A stretch of 64,000 nucleotides of DNA from Nageia nagi. Its lineage: Eukaryota > Plantae > Pinophyta. Made by a program: the position numbers and the translations under genes. Of the stretch, positions 1 to 14,674 are shown piece after piece; position 1 is the first letter of the stretch, and each line of letters starts with the position of its first letter. The stretch covers positions 18,042,001-18,106,000 of the forward strand of contig JBITNC010000002.1 of NCBI GenBank assembly GCA_050084985.1. The letters are read 5' to 3'. The notes beneath the pieces were generated by a model. It was not told the origin of the DNA. It ran no database searches and saw nothing but the letters and a program-made list of their open reading frames with translations.

Positions 1-1831
1 GAGTAAACCTATGCAATCTCCAGTGGATGTTCTCTCAAAATGAGTTCTGCATCTCCATGCATGTCTCTCTATCAATGTTTTCTTTCAATCAGTGAAAGAC
101 TGTCTTCGTAGTCCAATCATCCGGCAAAAATTCCATGAAAACGTCCCTAACATGTAGCAGCTAAGAACAGCTAATATGCATTTTACTCTTCATACAGACA
201 AGGCTACAAAATACAGAACTGAAACCAGAAGGCAGACTGAATTTTCACGTTTCAGTTACACCTGTCAGCTCCTTCATGCAGCTACCAATGCAACAACCTA
301 TGTTCTTGCAAGACTTACAAACTAACTTGCGTTAGGTTCATATACTGCCTGCCATTCATGCCAATATAAGTTTTTGTCTTCTTAAGCCTTCCCTTTTAGA
401 TTCATATATTACCCTTTCATGACAATATAAGCTTTTATCTTTTTATGGCCATGAATGCAGAGTCCGCAAGCCTTATTAATAAAGCTCTACTTTCAACTAT
501 TTGGTGAAACGGAAGTTGAACTTATGAAAGCTGAAAGCCTCCTAGAAGGCAAATGAAGTTTCTGCTTCCCGATTAGGACAATGTTACCATCCCTGTTTGT
601 TCCTAATGACGGCCAATACAATGAGTTTTTTACCAAATCTATTTCAACTTGACCTTAATGCGTTCTACAGATAGCAAATTCATGAGAGGGATGATGCAAG
701 CAATTGGCTGATTCTTGTGAGGATGCCTAATCGTTGTGAAGTAAGCAATCGCAACAGAACATGGCATAAAGTAATTACTAGATGCTAAAAACGATGATAG
801 ATAATTTTTTTAAGGTCCCTAAGTATTTGAATGATATATAACAATGGTCATGACCTTACACATGCCAGTCAACCGGTTATAAGTGCTGATCTACCTTTTA
901 TACCATCATCATGGGCGATAAATATTAAACCTGGGTGTTTGAGTACTTCTGATAAGAATGTAGAAGACAGATGAACCTCGGCAGTGTCCATATTCTTCAA
1001 AGTTCAATCAACAATGGCCGTGATTGTCCCTAAACAGTCATGGCAAACAATTACGATGGGAGATGTGGATAGGTAGTATCCAATGGTAAGCATTGTAAAC
1101 ATACCCATTAGACATGCCAAAAGAAGGATCTTAAGAACCATACATCCTAGGAGAGAAAAGTAATAGAACCGAGTTTATATGGGTTGCACCGGTAAGAATG
1201 TGGTGAGACCATGCTGGCGACTGACACTGACAATGAATAGTAAGCAATTCCAATGAGAGATGGGAGGATGTCATCACTGAATGGCAAGAACAGCGATGAT
1301 ATCTACTGCACATATGAAGAGCAAAGCAAGACTCCAAAGAGCTTCTACTAATTCTTGATGCCTTTCATCATAAGCAAAAGTTTCGAACTACAGTCGACGG
1401 GCTAAAACCATTGGACCTTATTTTTCATGGGCTGCATGATTAGACACAGGCATACCCAAAAAAAAAACAAAGCTAAAGACGAATAACCAGCAAAGGCACA
1501 AATCAAGAGAGTTGTCCCCTCAAACAAAAGAGGGAAAAGGCCAGAACACAATGCATGCTATCATGAAATTTGTAATAACCAAAATCATGAAGCTTTTCAA
1601 ACATTAAACCTATGGAAAAGACTAGCAACCAATAACGTATCAAAGTCTTGTTGAAACAAAAGTCTAAAGAAAAAACTCACAGATATTTAGGGCTAAAACC
1701 TTCAAACTTTTTCAAACAAGAAAAACACAGCTAAAATCAAGTTTGAAAAATTATTGTTCAGCAGACAATGGTACGGTCACCTGTTATAGTTGTCTTGTTA
1801 AATCATACTACAGTTGTTTCAAGCTTGAGGT

Positions 1832-2057
1832 TGCATTCAAATGATGATGATGCCAGGTGGGAATCTAGCCAGATATCAAACATCTAAATTGGTGTTTTTG
1901 AGTGGAAAGTGCATTCAAATGATAATGATGGTGATTGGAAATGTAGCTAGCTATCAAACATCTGAATTAATGATAGAGGTGTTTTTGAGTGGAAAGTGCA
2001 TTCAAATGATAATGATGCTGGTTGGGAATCTAGCTAGCTATCAAACATCTGAATTAA
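1832..2057. repeat. Intronic tandem repeat, 3 copies of about 78-87 bp
   Basis: Unit TGCATTCAAATGATAATGATG...GCTATCAAACATCTGAATT(...GGTGTTTTTGAGTGGAAAG) repeated three times; explains the repetitive ORF 1841-2074. Confidence 0.9.
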
Positions 2058-2110
2058 AGTTCGAATTGACATAACTGAAGAAAGTTTAGGGGAAAAAAAA
2101 GGTTGTCTAC

Positions 2111-2494
2111 CTGTGAGAGAGCTCTTCCTATGGCTCTCCCTGAAGGCCCTCCCAGATTGGAGGCAATTTCATCTTCTGAAGTGGGCAGAGCCGGAGAAGT
2201 GGGAACAATGCTGTCCAAAAAACCACCGGATTGAAGAGGGGAAGGTACATGATCCAACAGCAGCCTCAACACCCACACAGACAGCCACACAATCAGCATG
2301 ACCAAATGCCTTATGAGCTCAAACACATTCCATTTCTCACCTTCCATCCTTCCTGCTACTAATCCTCCTTTGCCAGAGCTTGACATCACCATTTTAGCAG
2401 CCAAGTTGAAGGAAGAGCCCACGATGGAATTGGGTATCCAGGAAGATGAAGAGGCCCTCATTTTCTTTATCTTGTCCTCCAAATTGGCTGCCAT
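2111..2494 (-). CDS. First coding exon (128 codons) of a plant protein of unknown function; gene continues beyond the left edge of the window
   Basis: ATG at 2494, open frame to a phase-0 donor CAG|GTAGAC at 2111/2110. It encodes a hydrophobic segment (LIRHLVMLIVWLSVWVLRLLLDH) and ends in ...AIGRALSQ. From memory this resembles plant At5g64230/At3g19920-type uncharacterised proteins; not verified by a search. Confidence 0.7.
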
Positions 2495-2640
2495 GTTTGC
2501 TTGTTTTTTGGATCTTGGTCGTACATGAACTTGTCAATCGAAGGTGGCCTTTGGGCTTTGCAGCAGCAACTTATTACGGCCGTATGGCCGGGGGTGGTGA
2601 CACACAGCTGATTGGTGGCGGTGGGCTTCTTTACAATGTG

Positions 2641-2742
2641 CATGCATGCAGTGCTCAACGAGAGAATCTACGCTGTTTGTTTTTTTTAACTGCAAATTGC
2701 AAATAGACGCCCAAGGCTGACGTCAAGAAAGAGCATTTGACG
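2641..2742 (-). promoter_or_regulatory. Putative proximal promoter motifs of the minus-strand gene (RY motif; TGACGTCA and TGACG bZIP sites)
   Basis: CATGCATGCA at 2641, TGACGTCA at about 2718 and TGACG at about 2738, 150-250 bp upstream of the ATG in a CpG-retaining segment. Motif match only. Confidence 0.3.
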
Positions 2743-3073
2743 AAGGCAATCAGACCTTTCCAGGGAAATGATGAAACCGTATTGTCTTTTCTCACTTTGA
2801 GGGTACGTAGGCCTAGTGGACTAGCCGTCAAATCTCCTTGGAGCTCCCAAAGGTTTAATATATATTGTAAACTTTCTTAATATTGTTTATGAGGTAGGTT
2901 TAGTTTGGATGGAGAGATTTGGGTTCGAGTTTTGAAAGCTTAACAATGTATTGTAGAAAAAGTATTTTGGTGGAGAGGTTCAGTTTGAACATGAAACAAT
3001 AATTTGTAGAATCATCGTTATTGGTTATGTTAAACAGATTTATCATGATATAACTAGATATTATAAGGTAACA

Positions 3074-3325
3074 TTTAATGATGTGAGAGGAGTTGGAGAG
3101 GAGTGGAAAGATAAAACTCTCAAGTTGAAAAGGGGAGGTCTCAAGTTCAAAACTCTCCCCTCACATCATGTGGATATGCTAAGTTCAATCGATTGGGGGA
3201 CCATGTTGGTGTGGATGAGGTCGGGTGTGACTCCCAAGTGACTTTGACAAAAAAGAACCCCTCAGACACGAAATCTAATTCCAAGAAATTGGCCTGCAAT
3301 AGTGGTTTCATTAAAAAAAAAAAAA
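3074..3325 (+). mobile_element. tRNA-derived SINE
   Basis: 18-bp TSD AGATATTATA(A/G)GGTAACA at 3056-3073 and 3326-3343; poly(A) tail; degenerate Pol III A box (TGGAGAGGAGTGG) and B box (AAGTTCAAAACT); tRNA-like stem TGATGTGAGAGGAG...CTCCCCTCACATCA. Confidence 0.85.
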
Positions 3326-6300
3326 AGATATTATAGGGTAACAATAAGTAGGACTTAAGAAACTTGTCTTTTAATGAAAAATGGTAATTGACTTAAAGGC
3401 TAAATTAGTTCTAATCATATTAGTTTCAAATAACATTAGATGAGGATAATTGATGTTGAAATATTTCGAATAGAAAATATTTATGTTCATTTTTTTTTTA
3501 GTGTGAAATATTATGAAAAAAATTGTTATTGAATCATAGCGTATGTATGATATCAAGTACAAGTTTTACATGATTTTGGTTGAGATCAAGTAAGTCAAAC
3601 AAAAGTATTTTTTCTGTCAAATTCATCAAGGACTTGCATCTGACCTAATCATACTTACACTAACTTTACAAGATTTTGTGGTACCAACACCCAAAAGGTA
3701 AGAGAATTGAAATTTGTAACCTTTCATTGAGAGTTTTAACCTACCTTTTATCCTCTAACTCTCTTTAAATAAATTTATTATCACAATATTTTATCTAAAG
3801 ATAACTCTTATACAAAATAATTTTACTTGTAAAAATTATTTTCAAAGAAAACTCAAGCAATGAAATTTCACTAAATGATAAATGAAAGTAGTATATGTCT
3901 AATAAATTTATTTACAATAATGAATTAATGTAAATGAATGCATTTCTTTGTTCTTATAAATAATGAAATTAATTTAATATTAAATATGTGTTAAATTATT
4001 ATATATATAATAGATAAGATTTTGTAAAAAAAGTTTCAAAGTATGAATCATGAATAAATGATAATTTATTGTTTATAAAAAGTTGAGATTGTGATAATTA
4101 TTTATATTTTATAGATATAATTATTTATGTTTTATTGTAAGCTCAGGAAATTAGGACAAAATTTAAGTACCCTTCTTTGAAATAGAAAAAGAATTTAGCT
4201 ATCAAGACAAAAATGTTTCATAAAGTTTAGTCATATGATAATGTATTGTTCTTAATATCTCATGAAGTTTTTTTTAGAAATAAAAAAATACACTCTTCTT
4301 TATATAAAATTATGTTTAGGCAAACAAAGTGACCATGGATTTGGTGCGTCTTCAAACTTTAATTGACCACTAAGCGAATACTCCCTATATTGTGAGTCAA
4401 TATCCTTCTAAACCTTCTTCTCCCAAATATAGATCTAATTCATGCCAATATCATTATTAAATACCCAATAAGTAACCCTAATCATCAACTCGTTAATGTT
4501 CCCTACCATGACTTAATGACCCTTAAGAGAGACTAAATAAACTTCCTTCCTTTTTCTTGATAATTTTGCCTATTAGGAATGGTGAGTTTCCTATTACTTA
4601 TGGTTGGAATGTGCAACTTAACGATATGATGCCTATTTCTAAGTAGGGTATTGATCACTCCTTCGACTAGAGAAGATGGTTGGGATTACTCCACCTAAAT
4701 GGAACCACCTCAATCATGGTAGTCTATTTTTTTTTAATGGGATCTTTTTGGTCCCTTCACAATTGACTTCTTGAATAATATGACTTGTTTGATAATTACC
4801 CTTTGATTATAGTGGGGTGTGTTTATTCGTATCCCTTTTTAATATGTAAAATATATGGGTTAAAAAGAATAGTTTTATCAGGACCCATAACCTAATACAA
4901 AAAACTTCATAATAAGATTCAACATTATGCTACTGCATACTATAATATAATATTTTTTATTAAAATGAATTATAATATTTCTTTTAAAAAATTTCATGGA
5001 GAGTATATTTTAGCTTTTAAAATATAACCAAGTCTCTCATATCAAACATATGCTAGTTTTTTAGGATTATCTCAAATATTAAGTAATGTGTCACTTGTGC
5101 AATACCAACTAGTGCAACTATGAGATGTTTCCATGGAGAAATACGAAGGGTAAGATCATTCAAAGGTCACTATAATACATATTTATTTTAAGAGCATCAA
5201 GGCAAATAAAAAGATAATTTTTTCTATAATATTTGTTGTTTATCTTATTTTTGTAGCATTGAAATTTTGTAGGAAGAAATTTTAACTAAGTCATAGTCCC
5301 ACTTAAATATTAAGACTGACAATGTAGCTTGCATCTACACAATCAAGGATAAGCATATCTTATCTATAGATTTTAATGCAAAAAAAATGAAGGTGAAAAT
5401 TATTTTTCTCATCATTCAACATAGGGAAAAAGGAATGAAAGAAGCAATCATGCAACTACATGAAAAGGGAAGGATAGACTTATATTATTATGAAATCAAG
5501 CAGAAGCGATTGAAGGGAGTTAGTGTTTACATCATTTAGTTAGGGCATGAAAAGGTGCAAAAAGGAAGATAAGGTGGCCAAGATAGTTGTTCGCACCTAC
5601 AAGATTAGAGAATGGCATATTCTTATAAATATCTTTACTTGTGGATGTGAAAGAAAAAAAAAAAAAAGGAAATTTTACACCATAAGAACCAATAACTAGT
5701 CAAATTATTTATGTATTTTCTCATTCAATAATTTGAATAAATACAAGTTTGTGTGTATGAAATCATGCACATGTGAAAGATATAAAGAAGTGTGTTTCGC
5801 ACCCAAAAAATGGTAATAACTAGACTACATGTATTTTTGCATCTATCAATAATGGGACAAACATGATTGTGCATGTATTAGATCATACAAATACGAAGAA
5901 CAAATATTGTTAAACTTCCATCTAGAGAATAACAATTGACTAAATGATTGATATTCTATATTCATTTATTTAAAGGCCATTTATCTTTTAAATTTGAAGT
6001 GACCAACCTTATAGATTTATAAGTTTTATTGAATAGAGGCTGAAAAGAAGAATGGAGGTCAAAGAAAGTTGGGGAAATTATAGTAGAACTTTATCATGCA
6101 ATTATGCTTAATTAGAGGTAGAAAGATAAGGGATTTTGAGATGAAGATTAAACATGTATACATTTAATATATTACATAAGTTTGTTTCTCCAAATTGGAG
6201 TTAATAAATGTCATATACTTTTGGTATATATGATTGAATTTGTAGCCTTGAAATTTTGTATTATTTTTATTATTATTAATTAAGGACTATTTTACTAAAT

Positions 6301-6616
6301 CCTGCAAATAAGAAAATCCATTGTATCTTGAACCACTTATATGTGAAAATCCCATCACCCTTTTGGACTACATCAACTAGGTCAAAGATAAAAGATCTTT
6401 AAAATATGTCACCACAGAGAAGATGAGGAGTTGCTCAACCATTTGAGATTACAATTAATTTTATATTTTCATGAGGTTTATTCATAATTAAATTGTTGCT
6501 TTATCATATTTCCTCTTATGCCATATCATATTTGTATTGCTTAGATAATATAGGTGAACCTTCACTTTCTTTTTCTCCCAAATGCATCCTTTATGGTTCC
6601 AAGTTTAGGAGATAAT

Positions 6617-6800
6617 GAAGAGAATGATGGTCAGGAAGGAAAAAATAAAATTCACCTAAGATCACATATTTTCAAAGCACTACAAAAAAGGAAGAGAAGA
6701 TAAGTTTTGGTGTGAGCTTATCTTCCTTATTTTGTAGTGTTGTACAAATCTATGATATTGGGTGAATGTTTTTTTTGCCTTTATGGCCATCATTATCTTC
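6617..6800. repeat. Degenerate inverted repeat (about 85-bp arms) with a third copy at about 7185-7280
   Basis: GAAGAGAATGATGG...CACCTAAGATCACATATT...CTACAAAAAAGGAAGA at 6617 matches the reverse complement of about 6716-6800 and of 7185-7280. Confidence 0.7.
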
Positions 6801-7449
6801 ATGGTATAGAGCCACTTAGTTTTTGCTAGCATTCAAAATATTTCTAAAGTTATCTTTAGTCTAATTCATTTTTTATGTTTATTGCCACTAATCTATTCTG
6901 TTGAGAGTTGGGCATGGTCCATTTTCAAACCTTATTTCTTCTCTTTATCTTATTTCTAAGCATGTGTTTTGAAGACCAATGATAAATTTTGATGGCATCA
7001 TTCTCTCACATTATGTCATTCAACCATTGCTTGGGTCGAGGACTTCGTTGCATTGTTTGGTAATGTCTCTCTCTCATGATGCACCTTTATGTTACATTTA
7101 TGGATGCTTAAGGGAACACCTTTGCAAAATTCTCTGTGGGATCCTCTATCCTTCACTCAAACACTTCTTTGATCCCTTTCATCTTTTTTGGTGTGAGCTT
7201 CTCTTTCTTAGTTTGTATTGCTCTACAAATATGTGATCTTTGGTGAATGTTGTTTTTGCCTTCCTAGCCATCATTCTCTTCGGCATGAGATAAGAATGAA
7301 GGGAATATTTCAAGCATGTGATAATTACAGAGGATTATAATTAGAGAAGAAATAGTGCTAGTTCAAACAATAAATGAAGGGGAAGAAGTTATGCCAATTC
7401 AAGCAATGGAACTTGAGACTTATAATCTCAAAAACTAATAAGTTATATC

Positions 7450-8150
7450 CATGATCATTTGTTCAATTTAAGATGAGCTCATTCTTACAATTGATCCATA
7501 TTACACAAAATATGCATGGAATATTCTCTAATAAATTTACATTGGATCCAATGCCACAAGAAAATTTACTTTTCTCTCAAAGATCTTCAACACCATTCAG
7601 GAAGATGGTGCAATTATCTATCTGGTAAAGGTAAAAAATATAATAACTCAACTTATGTCTTATGACTATAATTGGTTGAATAAGATTATGTTATGCTTTA
7701 TCATCATGAGAAATATAGTCAATATATTTAAGAACTTTGTAAACATATTTAATATAAGGTTTGATCAAGGTGGTGAGAAAATCTCCTTAACCTTTCTCTC
7801 AATTATTTTGATACAACATGAGGAGTCACTAAGGATCAACAAAAAGGAAAATCAAAATATCATTAAGGAGCAAAATATTATCATGAACGCAATGAGACCA
7901 ACCTTCAAAAAGAAATAGGTGATTCATAAGCAAAATTGCAACCCATCCTTATTTAAAAAGCATGAAGAAAGAGGATCTTAACCCTAAAATTATTAAAAGA
8001 AAACACCCTTTATTATTCCTAAATTTAAAAGTAAATGTAACAATTTTGAAAAAATGGTTCATAAGAAGTCTTTTTGCTTCTAAAAGAAGAATGAAAAGGG
8101 AAAAGTAGAGGAAAATTTCTTCATTAATGGAAATCAAATTGCAAACAAAA
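7450..8150 (+). pseudogene. Highly degenerate Copia gag relic
   Basis: UBN2-like translation fragments and an eroded zinc knuckle FKSKCNNFEKMVHKKSFC at about 8020-8080. Confidence 0.5.
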
Positions 8151-11100
8151 AAGGAAAAAATAAAAGTTCTAATGCTTATGCCCTTTAATCTATGAGTTAC
8201 TTGTTAGAATTATGAGGTTTGCCAAACTCCATGAGTGGAAAACACAAACATGAGATCTGATACCATGTTAAAAAATTTAGGTTTTATAAACACAAACATA
8301 AGCTTTAAATAATTTTAGAGTTTACAAGTCAAATTTAGAGCATTTCATATGTAAACACTACTAGAAAATGAAGGATTTACGTCAAAATTTGCATCCAAAC
8401 TCCTTGTTATTTTTTTTTTTGTTCACTAAAAATCAATGTAAATGACATATCATAATTTGCATCTTTTTTTCTATTTTTATGTCCATTTTTTGCATTGGAT
8501 TGTGTCTTTTTTTTCATCCTCTTACGTCGAATTGCATCATTCTTTGCATCTTTATTTGCATCTATTGATGTCTTTTTTTGCCTCCTTTTTTACCTTTTAT
8601 TTTCATCCTTTGGTGTCTGATCTTATATCATTTTTTGAGTCCAATATTGCATCGATTTTGTTGAAAAATTAAAAAAATAATTTATTTTAAATATTTAATA
8701 TAATTTTTTTTTGAATTTCATTAATTCGATAATTAAAATATATTTTAATTATATATCAAAATATATACACCAAAAAGCTAAAATATGCTAAAAATACATC
8801 AAAATGGGTCAAATATGCTAAAACATGTCAAAATACGCCAAAATAATTATATATACATCAAAATAATTATAACATCCACATCAAAATATGCCAAAATGAT
8901 ATACATATAGACATTTGAATATACCAAAATGATATACATACATACATCAAAATATGTCAAAATAATATACATCTATATCATTACAGCCACATCATACAGT
9001 ACATCAAAAATAATACAATGGCGTTCGCATCATGAGTACATAGTACTAACCATCGATATCAACTTCCTTGCTAGATGACTCACTACTTGATGAGCTACTA
9101 CTTGAGTCCTCACTACTTGAGCCACTATGATGACTAGTTGACTTTCTAACTTTCAGCTCATCATAATCATTGAATAAATCATTAAAGTTCACATTCCCCA
9201 ACATGGATCGTGATGCTCGATCACTTGTAGGTCATGCTACTTTGTCTCCTCTTGCGATGCAACCCCCTACTATGAACCCTCTTACAATGCACCTACTTGC
9301 AAATAACAAGAAAATAAATGTTTATGTACAATCAAACTTACAAAAATTATGAATCACCTACAATGAATTCATATACCTTTATTAATTAAAATAATTGGAA
9401 TTACTTACACCAACATTCATCCTGTCCCTCAAGGATCAGTAACTATATGTGATGTTATATTATCATTCGTTATCATTAGGAAATCGATTTAAATATCTCA
9501 ACTACAAAAAAATTAATTAGTACTATATTAAAAAATATTTATCTATTCATTTTTAAAAATTAAATATCATTAAAAATCACATGCACTAAATGTACTTACA
9601 AATTGGATATCCACAAACTCCCCCCTCCACTTCCTGTTCGATGCATAATAATGCATCCTAGTTTGGCAAGTCAGGACTTCACCACTTTTTCTTGTGACGT
9701 CTCTAAGCCTTCCTTCTTTTCTCTTATCCGCCTCAGTTACTTTCTTTAGTAGCATCTTCGAAACCTTTTTATGAAATAATTAATTAGTATTATGATTAAA
9801 AAAATAATTAATCAAGTTCAAATATTAAATATCAAGGATAATATTCCATACATTCTTATGGATGTCAATTAGTTTCATTGCTAAGTTTCTTTGGTTAGGG
9901 GAAAGTTTCATCACTTTCTGTTTCACATGATCTCTAACCCTTTTGAGATTCAACCTTGCCTGTTGGAGTGATTTCTTCTTGCTCCACCCTTCACCAAATT
10001 CATGTTTCATATTTGTTATTATATTTTTTTTTGCTGCATAACTATAAATTATAACAAATTAGTTTTAGTCTCTTGAAATATTTAATGAAAAAAAGCCAAA
10101 CATACATACCAAAAGATTACACAAATAATAAAAATAAATACATACCAACATCATCTTGCTTTTTCCATAACTTATCAAGGGTTTCTGCAAATTCAAGTAT
10201 TGTAGCATTCTTGAGTGCTTTGTAAAAAAGTGAACTTGAAAAATAAATAAAAGCATGCTAGTAAATTAATATATTTCTAATCAATGTGTAAATTTATATT
10301 TTTCAAATGTAAACTATTACCAATTTCATCTTTCAAGAAATCTCCATTCGACCTCACAAAAATTTGAAGATTTATGGATCCTTGAGTCGTCATCAATATA
10401 CATTATTGATTTATCAACTATGCACATGCATATATTGCATGGATCATATCACAATATGCTTCAAAATATATATTAAAATAATTTTTTGGTATTCTTGATA
10501 AATTAACTAATTATAAAGAATTACCTGAAGGAACGATGCCCTATCTCTGCAGTGTGGTAACACCACCTACTCCTCTAGCCTCCTCATCCCCAAACATTCT
10601 CATTAATTTTTCATGGCTAAACATACATTTAGCCATTTCTACAACCCCCTTTAACCTCTTTTTATGTTTGAAAAATTAAATAAATAAGTGATTGCATATC
10701 TTACTTAATGAAATATATATAGTATTATTGGATCCTATGTTGATATTACATAATAGATATGAATACTTACAAGTGCTTTTTTAGTTTATGTAATTTCATC
10801 TTGATCTTTATCCACACCCTTTTGTTTTATCTCTTATCTTGATCTTTGTCACCCTTCATTTGACGTCCCATTTATGGTCAATGGTGATCACTAAAAGAAA
10901 GTAAAGAAGAGGTTTTTTATATTAATATTATAGAATAAAAAATGACTATCTAATTTGCATTCTACTATAATTCTCCAATCTATAACCACAACAATGAATA
11001 AACTACTTAACATGCATACAAAAGCAAAAAATTTTAAGAATACAACAAAATTTCCATTCATGATAATCGATAATTAAGTCAACCAAGGACTTCAAAATAT

Positions 11101-11299
11101 CGAGGAATACAACAAAATTTCCATAGTAGTATACTTGAGTGGAAATTATGAATATGGAGCATATTTAAATTTTTTTTATATAAGGAGTGTTTCTTTCCTA
11201 GTTTAAGATAATGATTGCATATTTGAAACATTATAATTTTATTATTTAAGTATACTTTCCTAGTTTAGGATAATGATTTCAAAACTTAGGAGAAAATTG

Positions 11300-13200
11300 G
11301 GTCAAATTTGAATATTTTTTCTACATCTTTTTTAAGCAAGTTTGATAAAGATAAGTTACCTATTAAGGAAAACTCTATATTAAATATCAAAGTATTTAAT
11401 AATAAGGAAAAATAATGCATTGGTGTGATAAAATTACCTATATAACTTGATCCTAAGGTAATTCATGGAATTGTTTATGCTATGAATGGGGAGCTTCCAT
11501 ACAAGATCTCCTTAGGGAGACATTGGACACATGTAATGGGAGTAGTTCCTTTCATATTGCATCATTTTTTCAAGTTTGTGTATCAAGGATAAATATAGAA
11601 TATTGAAGTTTATGATGATCCATATGGTCCATGCAAAGGAAATGGTCCCCCATAATGATATAGTATTATTTACACTTGATGAGCCCATATTGAAGAAGAT
11701 ATAAAAAATAGATTATAATAACATAAATAATGCTTGGTAGCTACATATTAATGGATTTCATCATCTTAAATTTCATTAAGGACCTTGGTAGAACTAAGTG
11801 TGCATAGAAATAAGATTTTAGATGGCTTGATAATGCAAAAATAAAATATGTACCAATGATATATTTAGAAGAAAGGGGACCACTAGTAATCCTTCTCTAA
11901 TGAAGAATTCATGCTAGAGGAGACTAAGAGGATTTTGTATTACTTAGATATGTTAGATTCAAGTTTAAGAAAGGTAGGGTTTTTCATTAACTTATAAATA
12001 ACCCTAATCAAAAGATAAGGTTAAGGCCTCTTGCATGGGGATAAGGTTAAGATAGTTTTGAAATCATTATAGGAGAAAAGCTATAATGCTTTCAAAACTA
12101 ATAAGACTTATCTTATAAGAACAATATTATAAGGAATCCTAAATTCTCATACAACCATACCCAAAAAGGAGCTTATGATTCTTAAATAATATAAACTGCT
12201 CCCATCAAATAATATGACTAAACGACCATGAGGAACTCTCTAAAAGGCTTAGATCCCATGGGAAGAATCCCATCATTATAAATATATCACCCATAAGGAT
12301 TGGTGAGTATATCCTATATGATCTATAACTCACCTTACAAATAATCATTTCCATTAATGATTTTGGTTGACCACATGATGATCATTCTTAACCAACCAAA
12401 GGAACTATAATACCCTTTATTCCTCTAACAAACAAAATACTACTTATATATGGGAGATGCAATGAAGTTTCATAAAATATTATACATAACCATACCATAT
12501 TAAAATAATAATTTTATAATAATATCTATTACATGTCCATTCCAACATTTTCCAAATAATAATTTTCAAAATATCAACATTGTCAATCCTTTAAAGATAT
12601 ACTTTGGCATCATTGATGATCCTAGTCCTCTATATTACTTTTCAATCAAAAGATTAATTGTTCATCATATTGGAGTGAGTGTATACTTATTTCCACATCA
12701 ATCACACATCTTATCCCTTTATCCTAAATATTGAATCTTATTTTGAATAACAAAATGATGTTGAGGTTGAAAAGATGATTTAAATTATTTATCAATCATC
12801 TCATAAATGGATGATGATTCTTGCATACTTATTAAAGATACCATTGATGTCAATTTCAATAGCCTTAGGAGCCTTAAAATAATTCAACTTACAAAGATTA
12901 TTTTAAATATCAAATGTAATGAATTCATGAAACAAAATTTTTGCATGGTCATATATAGATATGCCAAGGTTAGACCTAAAAAGGTTGTCCATAACCTCAT
13001 CTTAAAATTATATGCTAAATTGATAAAAAAAAAACTTGGGAATATACATCCTAAGGTTTCTCTCATGTTTAAAGAATAATCATAAAATCTCTTGTATTAA
13101 GGATTTATTCAACCCTTTAACTATCATAAGTAGATATCAAATGTGATACCTATAATGAAAAAGACTAGAAAAATTCATATTTGTATAATAGTAAAGATGA
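11300..13200 (+). pseudogene. Degenerate Gypsy (Tat/Athila-like) pol relic, protease region to RT N-terminus
   Basis: GELPYKISLGRHWTHVMGVVP at about 11490; VVHNLILKLYAKLIKKKLGNIHPKVSLMFKE and ISNVIPIMKKTRKIHIC at 12960-13190. Confidence 0.7.
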
Positions 13201-14674
13201 TGTTGATATCATTTTTCTTTTTAATGGTTCAAAATATGAACAATGGGAAGGTGCTAAAGTTATTATTTTCTTATTGTAAGGATTACCTATACCTTTATCC
13301 TTCAAATTTGCCTTCCCTTATACTAACAATGTGGTCAAATACGAGACAATCATATGAAGCCTCAAGATTATCACTTACCTTTGAATGTCAAAAAGATTAA
13401 AAATATTAGTGATTCTATATTAATCTTTAACCAAGTCAAGTAAGACTATTAATGTAAGTATAAAATATTGTTAAGTAATCATTATCAAATTGTTGGTACA
13501 CTTTGATAAATATTTCAAATTATAGGAGAAAAGCTATAATGATTTTATATAAAAAATAATTAATAAATTATTTTAGATAATCTAATTCAAGAATGAATTA
13601 TTATAATTTGATAGCAATACATGGGAAAGGCTTCACACTTCAAATTATTAAGTTAATGCCAAAACTACATTATCCCAAACTATAATTTACTAAATTATGA
13701 TTTATATAATTTAGTATATGAAACAAGGTTTGAGAAATTATGAGCAAAAGAAGCAAGGTTTTGGAGTGAAAGAAGAGTTTCAAAAATTATGAGCAAAAGA
13801 AGCAAGGGTTTTTCAAATAAGGAAGAGTTCCAGAGTTGTGAGAAAGAACCAAGGTATATTTTCTTATTTTCTTGTTTTTATGTTGCACCCACATGGCTAC
13901 AAATTTATTTTAGCCTTTGGAGGGATATAATTAGGATTTAATTTTTGATTTTATGGTGCATTATTGATAATTTTATATGCATGTCCCACTTTTTGCCAAT
14001 AAACATATGAAAACCCTCTAAAATCAAAAAATGCTAGCATATGTAGTTTAAATTTGTTAGAAATTAAAAAATGCAAGTAAAAATGTACTTACCTATGTGA
14101 AAATTTGGAATAATGGAGAGGAAATTGCTAGAAACCCTTTCTCTTGCAACAAAATGCAAAACCTTGAGTGAACATGCAAAAAAAATCAAAAACATAGGTT
14201 AGAATGGAGTTAAATGAGCTAGAATTTGAGTTGAATATATTATAAGGCCACTTACTTGGTGCTCTCCCACTTGAAAATCAAATTTCAACTCCTGTTGACC
14301 CAGAAACAATTCTGAAGAAAGTGACAGGCAACTCCTTTTTTATTTTTCGAATTGTTAGTGTAAAAGGATGCAAAAAGGTTAGGGTTAGGGTTAAAACTAT
14401 TATAGTACATCAAATTAAAGTTATTGTATCACCCAAATATATACAAAGATTGTCAATGAAAGTAAGAGGGTCCCTAACCCGTCATATACTGTCATGGTAA
14501 AGTTTAGAAATTTGCGTACTTAAATTTTTATACACTTAAATTTTTTTATAAATTTATATTTTTATAAACTTAAATTTATATAAAACTTAAATTTTTATAA
14601 ATTTAATTTTTTATAAAATTATATTAAAATTAAGGTATTAATTATATAGGGTTAGTATTAATTTTATTAAATTA

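Noticed and set aside
1-1800. Second exon of the minus-strand gene
   Set aside because: No phase-0 exon with a convincing continuation was found; it is probably outside the window.
3078-3170. tRNA gene
   Set aside because: The boxes are degenerate and the sequence continues into a body, poly(A) and TSD, so it is a SINE head.
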